Positions 38,563-51,339 of a stretch of DNA of 64,000 bases are shown in pieces. The DNA is from Lama guanicoe. Taxonomy: Eukaryota. The notes beneath the pieces are model-generated. The model had not been told where the DNA came from. It did no database searches and saw only the letters and a program-made list of their open reading frames with translations. The position numbers and the translations under genes were made by a program. The stretch lies in contig MU053911.1 of NCBI GenBank assembly GCA_013239625.1, forward strand, positions 610,132-674,131, read 5' to 3'. Each line of letters opens with the position of its first letter. The stretch's first letter is position 1.

Positions 38563-40103
38563 CAGTGGTTCTCAAACTTTGGGACCTCTCTACAATCTTA
38601 AATATGACTGAGGACCTCCAAGAGCTTTTGTAGATGTGGGTTGTGTCTGTCGGTATTTATCACGTTGTCACAATTGAAACAGAAAATGTTTTTATTATTT
38701 ATTTATTACTTTGTTTAGAAATAACTATAAAAAACTCCCAATAATAAACATATTAGTGTAAGTAACACTCTAAAAATAGCTACATTTTCTAAAAAAACAA
38801 AAAAGAGAGAAATTAAAAAGTAGCATGGTTTTATGTTTTTGCAACTCTCTTTATTATCTGGCTTAATAGGAAACAACTGAATTCTCACATCTCCTTCTGC
38901 ACCCCATCTGTTGTGACATGTAGTTTTGGTTGAAATACATTGAGATATGACCTCACAGGGGAGGGTGGAGCCCACTGGTAGAGCATGTGCTTAGCATGCA
39001 CAAGGTCCCGGGTTCAATCCCCAATACCTCCAGTAAATAAAGAAATCAATCAACCTAATTACCTCCCCCTCAAAAAGAAAAAAAAAACAAAAACCTGGTC
39101 TCACAGAGATATGTAATTGGAAAGTGAGTAATATTTTAATAGTTTTCAGGTAATTATGGCAACACAGCAAATCTTGACAAATAGTTTCTTAAAGGTTAGT
39201 TGCAATATGTAATTCAAAAGCATGTTGATGAATTTTTTGTATCTCTTGCACCAAAATCCACTCGTCTTGAGTCTTAAAAGAATAGTTGACTCAGCATTAT
39301 TTGTAGTCTTGGTCATATGGAATACATCAATTCACTAAACTCTGCCTCTCTTCTGAATGCTAACACATTTCATAATGTAATATTAAAAATCACGTTCATT
39401 AATATCCTCACGGATCATGTTAGAAAAGTCTTGAGGTATTGGAAAGCTGTCAAGATCGTGGCAGCAGATGTAAGTGTTTCAAAGTTCCAATTTTCACTTG
39501 AAAAGCTCAAATTTTATCACAGGCAACAAACATCATCAGTTGTTTTCCTGGAAGCGACAGCCTCATTTGTTCATTTTTGAGAAAGCGTCTGCCAAATATC
39601 CATGTATAAACAGCCGTATTTACTCTCTCAAGGAAGAAGGTGGTCCAAGCACCAAGGGCGGACAGTTGCCCAATTCGGACAACCTCATCAGCGCTTCCCT
39701 GGAGACCTCCTGCACTTGGAGGTGGCACAGAAGTGCTTTATGTCGACAGCCCACCTCAGCCCACAGAGTATTGCCACATCCGCTCAATGGCTGAGACTTA
39801 GTAAAAGTAAGACTTTGCACTGCTTCACCCAGGAAATTCTCAAGAGGAGCTGCATTTTTTTCCTGCTGAGGGTGCGTGGTGGAGACAAGCAGAGGCTGGT
39901 AGCCCAAAGTGCCGCTCGGCTGATTCAGCTGCCTGCAGTCTTCCCGCCGTTGCATGGTCACTGTGACGGCAAAGATGCACAGAGGGAAAGACACAGAACC
40001 TGAGGACTTTCATGTTAGCATCACAATATCACCATCTCATGAACCTCTTGCAAGGTTCACAGAGATGCCCAGGGGCCCATGGACCAGATGCTGAGAAACT
40101 CTG
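38563..40103 (+). mobile_element. hAT-Charlie DNA transposon (Charlie1a-like), second copy
   Basis: Starts cagtggttctcaaacttt, ends tgagaaactctg; colinear with 4900-6442; TSD not recognisable. Confidence 0.85.
38958..39090 (+). mobile_element. Vic-1-like SINE nested in the Charlie element
   Basis: 'ggggagggtggagc..ggtagagcatgtgcttagcatgcacaaggtcccgggttcaatcccc...aacctaattacctcccc'; flanked by tgacctcacag / tggtctcacag. Confidence 0.92.
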
Positions 40104-40514
40104 GTCTGCGGTTTTCATGTTTTAACCTTTCTCAGCATATTCAGAGCACAGAAAGTTGGAGGAGAGGGAAATTTTCCAAAAAGGGGCAACAGTCAAGGGA
40201 GGTCCCAGAAGAAATCTAGGAAGTTGGAAGACTTTTGACCAGATGAGGTTTGTCAGGGCTCAGCCCTGAAACAGTGGAAAGAGAATGGGGATTTTGATCT
40301 GATCAGAAATTGGTTCCAATACCTTTGACTTTGAACCTGCATGACAAGCAGGGCTAAAGAGAGCTGGGGAGAGGGCTTGTACTCCCCTCCCGCCTGATCC
40401 GGGAAGCCGCTTGCGTGGTCCAGTGTGGTCCTCACCCCTCTGTCTTGGTACCTGTCCAGTCAGCACTTCCGCTGTGACCTCCCCAAACCAATCCTCCAGC
40501 CTGGAGGCCCACAT

Positions 40515-40782
40515 ACATCTTCTGCAAAGGGTCAGATAGAAATTATTTTCTATTATGTGAGTCATAAAATTTCTATTACGGCTACCAAATCTGCTGTTGT
40601 GGCCAGTAAGTTTCAAAAACGTTATAGATGCTGAAGTTTGGATTTTATGAAAATTTATGTGTCACATAATATTAGTCTTTTAGTTTCTTTCCAACCTTTT
40701 GAATAACATGCTTAAATTGCAGGCTATTAAAAACAGGCGGTGGGCTAGATTTGGACCATGGTCCATAATTAGCAGACCTTAT
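40515..40782. mobile_element. MER58-like hAT element
   Basis: 'ttctgcaaagggtcagatagaaattatttt...aaacaggcggtgggctagatttggacc...gcagacct'. Confidence 0.75.
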
Positions 40783-41555
40783 CTAATACGAAAGAGAGAG
40801 GCTAGTGACAAAAATGTGGAGTCCCATGAAGGGTGACCTGGATAAATGAAAACCTTTTTAATAGTCTTTGATTTATATCTTTATTTCAGGCTGTCCTTAT
40901 GCTCTCATCAGCCAATTACACGTGGCATTGTTTTTCTAAAGTTACTGATAAAAGTCATAAGGTCCTGTGACCAAAAAAAAAAGTTATGAAACAGAAAATA
41001 ATATAGCACAATGCAATACGTTGTGACAACAAGACAGCTGGCATTTTTATTCAGTTCTGCCAGTTTTCATCCATAAAGCTAGTCCACGAAACTGTTATCT
41101 GCACCAAGATTTTGGCCTCAGGCAGAATAAAAAAAAGAAAAAACAGAAACATGAGTTTCTCTAAGCAACTCTGTTTGAAGGATCTGACCTATTAAATAAT
41201 GCTGTTGTGAAACCTCAGATTAAGTCACTGGATGAGCTTTATCCAGGCAATCCTGTCTCTGCCAGCCCTGCCTCTTCAGAGTCTAGGTTTTCAAGCCCCA
41301 TTCAACTCTTATCTTCTTTTTAAAGCCTTCCCTTGTCTGAGTCAGCCTGCATATGTGAGCTCCCAGGTCTTCATTTATGGTGCTATTTATTTGAGTCACA
41401 CTGATTAGCAGGATCTTTCCCCAGTGTTTTCTTAAACTATTTTTTGACCCTTGAACATTAACCTGTAAACCCCTAGAGAATCACAATCCTCTTCCAGTTT
41501 CTTGTAATGTTTAGGTCCTTTGGCATAATGCCTCAGTTAAAATCCAATGCAAGTA

Positions 41556-41962
41556 CTCTATGTCTGTGAGTCTGTTTCTGTTCTGTAGATGGGTTCATTT
41601 GTGTCCTTTTTTGTAGATTCCACATATAAGTGATATATGGCATTACTTACTTCACTTAGAATGATGATCTCCAGGTCCATCCTTGTTGCTGCAAATGGCA
41701 TTATTTCATTCTTTTTGTGGCTGAGTAGTATTCCACTGTATATATTTTATACACCACATGGTTGCCATGGGGTAAAGTGGGTAGGAAGGGATAAGTTGGG
41801 AATTCGAAATGTACACCTCTTGGGGAGTGATGGAAATGTTAGCTATCTCGATTGTGGTGGTGGTTCTATGGGTGCATAGATCTATCAAAAATCATCAAAG
41901 TGTAGATCTGAAATATGTGTAGTTTACTGTACAGAAACCAGACCACAATAAAGGTGTTAAAA
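41556..41962 (+). mobile_element. 5'-inverted L1 insertion (alternative-tail subtype, copy 4)
   Basis: Antisense L1 at 41556-41759, sense L1 at 41758-41962; perfect 17-bp TSD aaaatccaatgcaagta (41539-41555 / 41963-41979) at a TT/AAAA site. Confidence 0.93.
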
Positions 41963-42052
41963 AAAATCCAATGCAAGTAAATCAACACATTTTTTGGCCT
42001 GTTGTTCTTCATGATTTCCCCACTCCATTTCTTCTTGACTCACCTAGCTTTA

Positions 42053-42805
42053 TTTTTTTTTAAATTTTATTTTATTGAGTTACATTCAGTTTACGATGTT
42101 GTGTAATTCCCAGTGTAGAGCAGAATTTTTCAGTTATACATGAACATACATATATTCATTGTCACATTCCTTTTCACTGTGAGCTACCACAAGATCTTGT
42201 ATGTATTTCCCTGTGCGATACAGTATAATCTTGTTTATCTGTTCTATATATGGCCATCAGTATCTACAAATTTCAAACTCACAGTCTGTCCCTTTCCACC
42301 CACCTCCCCCCATTAGCCACAAGTCTGTGTTCTATGTTGATGAGTCTGTTTCTGTTTTATATTTATGTTCATTTGTCTTTTTCTTTCTTTTATTTTTTTT
42401 GTATTCCACATATGAGCAATCTCATATGGTATTTTTCTTTCTCTTTCTGGCTTACTTCACTTGGAATGACATTCTCCAGGGATACCCATGTTGCTGCAAA
42501 TGGTGTTATGTTGTCAGTTTTTATGGCTGAGTAGTATTCCATTGTATAAATATACTACATCTTCTTTATCCAGTCATCTGTTGATGGACATTTAGGCTGT
42601 TTCCATATCTTGGCTGTTGTAAATAGTGCTGCTTCTATGAACATTGGGGTGCAGGTGTCTTTTTGAAGTAGGGTTCCTTCTAGATATATGCCCAGGGGTG
42701 GGATTCCTAGGTCATATGGTAAGTCTATTCCTAGTCTTTTGAGGAATCTCCATACCATTTTCCATGACTGCACCAAACTGCACTCCCACCAGCAGTGTAG
42801 GAGGG
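42053..42805 (-). mobile_element. Young 5'-truncated L1 (ORF2 C-terminus, 3' UTR)
   Basis: ORF 42555-42776 [41 protein letters not shown] acctagcttta (42042-42052) / acctggcttta (42806-42816). Confidence 0.95.
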
Positions 42806-43189
42806 ACCTGGCTTTAGATTTTTTACCTGCTCAAGAAATTTAAAAACTCAAACATGGAATTTACAAACTAACATTATTGAATTTGTTTATTCAGCACACT
42901 GATACTAGTGTCTAATTATGTCTACTTGTGATTTTTTCAAATTCTGTTACTCTACACCACATTGAGGTATCTTTTTGATATGTCCAAAGGTTTTCAGCCA
43001 TGCTGAGTGGCATTCTTACCAGGTTGCAAAAAAAAAAAAAGTTGTTTGTTCAGAGTCAAATAAAAAAGCTTCCAGAGTTGCATCTATAAAATGGGCGTAG
43101 AACCAGAATGCGGGCACAGGGTTAGCACATGAGGAACAGCTCTGGGGAGCAGGAAGCTGTCACCCCGCCTTTGAGAAGCAGGTTGACAG

Positions 43190-43620
43190 CACTCGTCACA
43201 GCACTGGAAGCCGCTCTGCTCTGATCCAGAAATTTTACTCTTAGCATTTCGCTCCATGTAGATGCTTACAAAAGTGTTTCTAGACCTGTGAACCAGGATG
43301 TTTATTATAGTGTTACAAGTTAGGGTAAGGAACATATGGAACAACCTAAATGTACACCAGGTTGGAAATTGCTGAATAAAATCTGTTGTTTTCACAAACT
43401 AAAATTATACATTGAGTTACAAAGAATGAGATAGGGCTATGTGTCCCGATATTTTAAAAATCTCTAAGATTTATTCTTTAAATAGTGGGAAAAATCAAGG
43501 TGGAGTAAATAGTGTGATTTTATTTGAGAATATAAAAAGTACATTATGTACACAGGTTTATACAAAAAATATTATTTTCCCTAACGATGCACACAAAATT
43601 GTTAACTGTGATAATACTTA
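43190..43620 (+). mobile_element. Old L1ME-like ORF2 end / 3' UTR
   Basis: 'tgatccagaaattttactcttagcattt', 'ggatgtttattatagtgtt', 'ggaacaacctaaatgtacacca'. Confidence 0.7.
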
Positions 43621-46600
43621 GTGAAAAATATTAGAAGGTCAGAGAAGTAGACTTCCACTCCTCTTTTGGTGCCTCTGCTATGCTATGCGCCTAAAAAACC
43701 CCAACTACATCGGTGCCTCGGACATTAAACCTGAACTTACAGGAGCACTTGGCAAGTAACAGGAGCCCAGCAAATGCCCACGCCTTTCCTTACCCACATG
43801 TCTAGGCACTACTCCAATTTTTTAAAAAAATACTTGTTCCAAAGTAGAAAATGCATGAGCTGAGATGAATCCATATCCAAGCCGTAATGCTATTCTGTAT
43901 ATTTAATTTGCAACCCTCAATTTTTCACAAGCCAGATACCCAGTTTATTGTTTTATTTTCTAGATTGCTTTGAGATGACAAAATAAAATAAATCTGTATT
44001 TGAAAGTTTTTTCTCTTAAAGATTCTTCTGGATGAACTGGATTGTGTATTTAGACCCAGGCACTTTTAAAATCGTCTTACTGATATTACTCCTTTAGGGA
44101 AAAACACAGGGTGACATGATGCTGGCAGCCTAATGAGAAAAGAATATTTCAGCTCACATCCTTAGGAGCCTGGTTAATTCAGAATAAAAAATGGCCCCAC
44201 CCAGCCCACATGAAAGAAAGCAGAGGTTAAAAAAAAGAAAGAAAGAAAGAAAGAAAAATAAAAAAAGGAAAGGGAGGGAAAAGGAGGCGGGGGATAAGGA
44301 AAGAAAGAAAAAACCCTCTCGTCGTGGGAGGCCCGCGTGATATTGGCCAGAACAGAAGTCGGCATGTGTCAGACAAAGTGTGACCCGGCCCATCTGCGTT
44401 AACTTTGCTAAACCTGAATTATTGCCTTTCTACTCTGAGACATTTTCACTGATAAAAAAAATGGATTTTTAATTATTTAGTCTGCTTTGGGTCAGCTGTC
44501 AGAAATCATGATACAAATTGCCTAATCTCAGCATATTTCTATGGCAACCACTGAGAAACCAAGTATGATTGAGCCTTAAGTTATTCCAAAGTGCTAAGAA
44601 GAGACTTAGACGCTGTAGATGGATGTTAGCCATGCTGCCACGTGTCTGCTGCCAGCCGCACCTCCCAGCAGCAGGGAGGCCCCGGGGAAGCAGCTGCCGC
44701 TGGGAGTCCTCGGGGCCAGCACCCTGCTCTCCTGGAACGTCACAGACAAACCCCAGCAGATGCACCAGGGCACGCTCAGGCACGCTCAGGGTGCGGGCGA
44801 TATTTCAAAAGTGACAGGTTGAGATCGTTGTATAAAAGGGCACAACGTGAGGTGGTCATTTACAGAAACTGACTAGCATTCTGTCAGAGCTGGAGGGAAA
44901 AAGACCGACAGGAGAAATCTCTAACATGGCCCTTTCATTTAATGACGAATAAGGGGAAGTTTTACTGGCTTGCCTCCATCGATACAAGTTAATACATCTT
45001 GGAAGAGAACCTGAAAGAGTTGTGTGGCGTGATGGGAAGGTTATCCGTTAGAGAACAGATGTATTTCAACTACTTCTAATTAAGGTAATCACGGAGTACT
45101 TGGAATAATCAAATCTAGAACCAGCCCTAAGTCTTGCTTCGACTCCTTCTCCCGCCACCCCTTCATGAGAGCTGAAATACTCAACTGAACTTATCCATTC
45201 TCTCTTCTTCATGAATTTAGCACACTTTGACGCAGTGGAGAACAGTTTCAAAACATTAGAAAGTCATGGTCTGATGGGCATCCATGTGAACATGGGAGAG
45301 GTGACTGTTAGAGGTCTGTCCAGGAAGCTGTTGCAACACAGTGCAGAAGAGAACTGACTTAGGTGGGAGGTGGGGGTGACAGAAAAGCTTCTTGGGGGGC
45401 AGTTTAATGCACTTTGAAGAGCAAGTAGAAAATAGTCATGAAGACAAGAGAGCAGGACATTCTGGTGGAGAAAACTGCAATATGCAATGACCCAGAGAAG
45501 TGAAGGTCTTCATGAAAATTTGTGTTATGACTTACAGAGGAGTAACCTAGGTGACGAGGATGGAAAAGCAGGCCTGGAACATACACAGCTTCGGTTGCCA
45601 AGTGGAGTTTCAACTCAATGTGAAAGTTGACCTGGGACTTAGAACAAGTCATAAGGGCATCTTTCCAGAGCCCACCAGCGTGAAGTGACTTCAGTGCACA
45701 ACCTAAGGACAGGTGAGTGTGGTTTGAGAGGAACGGATAGTTCGGAGAAAGGTCAAAGGAAAAACATGAGTAGCAAGCAGGTTTTCTCCACGTAGGCAAT
45801 GCATTTATTAAGTGGGATGTATACGGTAACAGTGATTTACAGGATCTTCCATATTCACCCTTGTTCCACCCTGGATGACAGACTAGAAGAGCTGTCGGTC
45901 CAGCCACATCTACGCGACAACATTCACTCAGAGTTTGTGGTGCTTTTGTAATTTTGCACTTGAACACCTTTATGAGGCTTTTAAACAAAGTCATGGGAAA
46001 GGAAATTATTTGTTGTTATCTATTTGCTTTTTTGATGTGGAAGTTCCCATCTGTGTGTGTGTGTGTTTTTTTAACCTTCCTGCCAAACCAAATGTTGTTT
46101 CTATTTTATAGGCAAAAACCATTTATAAATTTATATTTTGAGCTTGGCACCTTAGATAATGTATAGTATTAAACTCTTTTTTTTTTTTTTCAATTTGAGG
46201 TGTTATTTGGGAAACGGAGCCCCATGGAAGACTTCCGTCTAGACCTCTCTACTAGGAAACTGGCTTCGTGTCGTTACTTAAAGCACAAAAGTACCTTTGT
46301 GCCTCTTAGACCCCCTCCTGTCGTGAGTCATCAGGAAGCCAGAGGGGTGATGGCCCTTCACCAACTGTCAATCGGTGGGATAGGTGTTTGCATGCAGTGA
46401 CTTTCACTCTCATTGACGCTCATGTTTTTCACTCAAATTCATTCAAATTTTTAAAAATCGTCTTGTGTTTATATGAAGTGTGCCAAATCCTTTATGGGAG
46501 CAGCGGGGTGTAAATAAATTACAAGACAGACTCTGCGTACTGTAACAGTCAGCAAACGTTTGCGGTCAGTGATCACCGACTGTGCAGACAGCACCAGACC

Positions 46601-48030
46601 AGAGTAAGAGAGCAGGGCAGCGACGTCCGTGTCCCTCCCCGGGGTCCCCGCTGCACTGTCTGCGGGAGGAAGCCCTGCCTCCCATCCTGCTTCATGGGAA
46701 TAATGAGAGACCAGAACACTTCTCGGACTGAATGGGATAATTAAATACGCTGAGTCTGCTGAGGTCATCCGGGCTCCACTAATGAGGAACTTGCCTGTTC
46801 TTCTCCTTAAAGCCTAAACCTGCTTCTGCTTAATGGGGATACAAGTGTTTATCGCAAGGCTTCCCTTTTGAGTTCAGATGAAAATAAAACTTATCCTTTG
46901 GTAAATCAGAGGATAAGTAACTAGTTCCTCTGCTGCTTCAAGGGCTCATTGAAGCATTAAAGATGAGGAGGAGAAAATGATATTGCACCTCCCAGAAAAT
47001 GAGAGAATTCTAAGAATTAGTATGTGAGCCACTGAACTTAAGACTCCTGGCAGGTGAGCCTTATCAGAGTCGCCCAAACTCCAAGTCTGATACGAAATGA
47101 TTAGCTGGGGGCTTTCTCCGTCTCTTCTCCCTTCCCTGCTTTCTCCCCATAAAAGATGACTTGCTCTTGTGGATGGTGCAGTGGGCCACCAGGATCCCCG
47201 CTCCAGAACTGAGGCGTTCACTGCCCACCAGCTACTCGGGGTGCTGGGGCCGATAACTCTCGCCGCCTCCCTACTGAGGGGCTGACTGAAGACCTCAAAG
47301 GCAGCAGTGGAAGCCATGAGGGGTGGGATATGCACCAGGGCTGAAAGTAAACAACCCCTATCCTAGAAGTCTACAGTCTGCTCAGTGATGACTCAGGGCT
47401 GGGGCAAACCAAAGAAGCTCAGGCAAGGAAAGACTGAGAGAAAGCACACTGAATGGGTCCTTACTGAAAAGACAGTGGGGTGTTTCAAGGTGTATCAAGA
47501 AAATGAAAGCTGAACCCAGAAAAAGGAGTGAGATCCAAAAACCGATGAATGGTAGACATGTTGGAGCATCTGCACACCACCACAGTGACACAGTGACCAT
47601 GTGGCGAATGTAGCGAAACTCAGCCGACGGAAAGTGCACATAAGATGGAGGTGATTCGACTTAAGTGTCCTGAGGCCCCTGCGTCAGTTGGGAGTTGGAA
47701 AGAGAGAGCGACGAACTTCAAAGGCACACGAGTCAAGTATGCATATTAAAGCTGTAAGAGTATCTACTAAAAACGTTGAACGTGAAACTTCCCAACGGGG
47801 AGGGGGAAGTGAAACAGGAATGGGACCCTGGTCAGTCCACCCCGAGAGCGTAAAAGGGGACACAGGCAGCAGGAGCAGCTGCTGTGGGTGCTGGGGGGCC
47901 CCGGGGCGCTTGCAGGGCAGAGGATGGCCCGGTCTGGCAGGAAAAGACCTTGTACAAGCTCACACCCCTCTCTGCTGACAGCCCCCGCCCCAGAAGCCCC
48001 CGGCTCCACGTCCCGGAAGAGGCTGCTGAG

Positions 48031-48416
48031 TGCTGTGGACTGAGTGCTTGTGCCCCTCCACGTCTGTATGTTGATGCCCTGATACCCCACATGGCATTTG
48101 GAGATCGAGCATTTGGGGGTAATCGGGGTAATTGGGTCATGAGGGTAAAGTACTCATGGCGGGATCAGTGCCCTTGTAAGAAAAGAGGCCAGCAAGCTTG
48201 CTCTCTCTCCAAGCACACAAAGGGGGGAGTGGCCATGTGGGCACAAGGCGAGGTGGTGGCCACCTACAAGCCCAGAGAAGGCATCTCAGACAAACCCTCT
48301 GCGCCGGCAGCTTCATCCCAGACGTCTCAGTCTCCGGAACTGTGGAAACAAATTCCCGTTGTTTAAGCCGCTGAGTCGCCGGGATCTTGTTGCAGCAGCC
48401 CGAGCGGACTGAGACC
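48031..48416 (+). mobile_element. MLT1 (MaLR) solo LTR
   Basis: 'tgctgtggactgagtgcttgtgccc' start, 'tctccggaactgtgg..aaattcccgttgtttaagcc..gcagcccgagcggactgagac' end; TSD ctgag / ctgtg. Confidence 0.88.
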
Positions 48417-48529
48417 CTGTGGGAATTCAGTAGGAAGTGCTCAATGGTGCTTGACAGCAGCCATCACATAGGAAAAGTAACACCGAGCGTATTAAAAGGG
48501 AAAAAGATTAACGCGCAATGGCTTCGTTT

Positions 48530-49110
48530 GTCTCAGAAGAGACTTTGAAAAGAGATGATACTGAAGTTTGAGCTTGCAAGATGAGTAGGACAGCGCCAGG
48601 CAGGGAGGAGCCGAGGAGAAATGCGAGCAGAAACCGTGAGCCCAGCCACAGTTACAGAGAAGGTGCCCGGGACATGTGGCAGGAAGCGCCCGGGGCCACA
48701 GAGCTAGCCGCGCAGCGTGGACTTAACTTGGCAGCATGCAGTAGGAAGTGCCAGCGCCTTTTCAAACGAGAGCGTGACGTGGTTAGATTTATATTTCTGA
48801 AAGCTAACGGCCTAACCACAGTGGCAAGGATATATAAAAAAAATGAAAGGGAATCTGTACGCTGGGGGACATGTAAGAAGCCTCACGCGTTGGTCGAAGC
48901 ACAGGGGGAGGACAGGCTGAACTCAGGCACTGTGGAAGAAACCCACCCGAAGCGACTTTAAATCACGTAGGAGGCAAAGTCAGGAGGACTTGGGAGGCGC
49001 AGGTGAGAGGAGAGGAACAAAGAGGGTCCAAGCCTGTCCCTGAGAGCTCTAACCCGAGGGAAAGGTTGAGGAGTGGGGGAGATGAGTCTTATCTTGAATA
49101 TGATTTGTTT
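48530..49110 (-). mobile_element. L2 fragment
   Basis: 'gatactgaagtttgagcttgcaagatgagtagga', 'gtgacgtggttagatttatattt', 'gagatgagtc'. Confidence 0.6.
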
Positions 49111-51339
49111 AATATATTAGATTAGCGAAGAACTATATGGGAGGACTAGCGTGGAGGAGGCTAAACAGAGCTGTCCACAGTGCTTGAACAGTGGTGTCAT
49201 TATGCTTGCAGGAACCATCCTCATCTGTCAGTGTGTCTGCAAGGTAATTTTCTACCTGGTTAGATCAGCATATGGGAAATGCGTGTTTCTTTTCCGTGGA
49301 AAGGGAACACTTCCACCATGAACACATAACAAGCAATCGTACTTCATTCTGAATCCCTGAAATTGGCTTTTCAATGGACAACTCAGACTGCATTTCATGC
49401 ACTGTTCACCAATAATTTATAATATGCATAAATAGCTTTCTCTGTTAGATTTATATCCATGCATTTGCATTAAGACCCACTTAGTCTGATGCCTCAGAGT
49501 CTAGCTGAAAATGTGCCAGAAGTTGGGCTTTTAAGTTTTCAAGCTTTGGGAGGATTAATTCATCCACCAGAAGCACAATAATTCCATATGTCCGAGTTTA
49601 GATGTATTTGCTACTTCTGAAAGAAACAATGATGACACTATGCTGACTTTCAGTATGAATCAAATAAAAGGAAAAGCATAATTCAAAGCCAAATTGGGAT
49701 TCATTTGCACATACTTGAGACTTAAAAGATTTTTGTCATCATTTGACTGGAGCCCTGTTGGCGACGATTTATGAGTCATTTCTAGAGAGCTCTTTTCAGG
49801 ATGCTCAGCTTTAAACTGCACCAAAGCCCTGTTTGCATTCCCTGATCATGTAACCAACTGACTGCCTTTTTATAATTGTGTCTCTGAAGCCCTGTCAGCA
49901 GGACAACTGCAAAGCCATCTTTAAATCTAGTAAAAACACGGAGCCCAAGATGAGATTTAGAACTTGCGCTCCCAACTCAAGAGAGTCGATTGTAAAGGAA
50001 GACAGATTAGAATGAAATTAGCAAATGTTATCTGGACATAAAACTGTTCATGCTTCGGACTGGGAGGCACTGTGTCTCTACATTTTTACTAGTATTCTAA
50101 AATACCAAGCAGTTCTAGTGACAAATCTACAAAGAGTTTTGCATGTTTCATGACCAAAAAAATGAGCTTTACTGTTATATCAGATTTACTGCTATTTTCC
50201 ACTCACTCAGCGACGGGTCTCCGTCTTGAAAGGTCGTATTGTACTGTCTGTGGTGTTTCTCCAGCAAATCAGAAACATTCACTGAGTTCCTAGGGATGCT
50301 GAAATGTTCTTGATAAAATGAAAGTAGTATATTTTTATGACAAGTGTATAAACACTTGTTATGTTTTAAGAACAGTAGACTGTATCACACAAAGTCAAAA
50401 GGGGAGGGGCACTCTAGCCAAAATGGAGCTTCACAGAATATGTGCATCAGTCTTCATACACGGAGGTGAGCATCCAGGCCATTACACCAAACAGCGTTGT
50501 TTTTAGCAATTCTAACTGTCCACTTTAAACTTCTAAAAAGATACTTCTGCAACCCATATTACTCTGACTTTCAGAGTCTAAAACGGCTAGCATCGCGTCA
50601 TGTGATGTCAGTGCGCTGTGAAGGTGCGAAGCGTGTCCCAAAGTTCTTTGACTTTCCTCTCACTGAGAGGATTTACCTTGAAGTAAAATGAACATTGAAA
50701 TTATAAATTTAAAATGACTTCAATTATCATAACAGAAAGAAATTAGAAATCCATTACATGAAAATAATCAAATATCCTAAATGCGTGAAAACTAAAAATG
50801 AAAATGAAAGAACAACATATCTATGAATGTGTCAAAAAGATTCACCGCATGTGAAGAGTTTATTTTCTACAGTTACAACAATCCATTGGGTTTACACTTA
50901 AGAAGTTGCTACAAATGGTTTGGACGCAGCAACAGCAGATCTTTATCTTTCTGAGGAATGTCTCAGAAAAAGATCAGAAACAGTCAAGTTCCTGGCAAGA
51001 CTGTGCTGTGGCTCCCATGTTCTCATGGAAGAATAGGCAGCAAAATGTTTTGGAGTGAAGATACGGAAGTTTACTCCAAGACACACCCTAAATTTCTTGA
51101 GTGAATTTCTCTATCATGTGAGCTGTGGTCCCAGCTAGACCGTGAACACTAGAGACAGACAGTAATACAGCACAGACCTCGTGTGACACTTCTCGTTTTT
51201 AATTTTCTTAGTAGATCAGAAAGTTACGACCCCCTCTTCCCAAACTGGATCTATCTCTTGCCTAATTTTCAAAATAAGAAACGCAGTATCTCAGAAAAGA
51301 AGTTTGTGGGACGTAGCTAAGGACACGCCTAGAGGAAGA

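Noticed and set aside
38958..39032. tRNA-Ala(AGC)-like sequences in eight places
   Set aside because: Degenerate stems, SINE tails, A tracts and TSDs identify them as SINE heads, not tRNA genes
4900..40103. Two co-oriented Charlie elements as a composite transposon or segmental duplication
   Set aside because: The copies are highly diverged, their flanks are unrelated and the first has its own TSD, so they are independent ancient insertions
45404..45994. 196-aa ORF, and the 198-aa ORF at 54210-54806
   Set aside because: No recognisable domain; the second spans low-complexity sequence; such lengths are expected by chance in 64 kb
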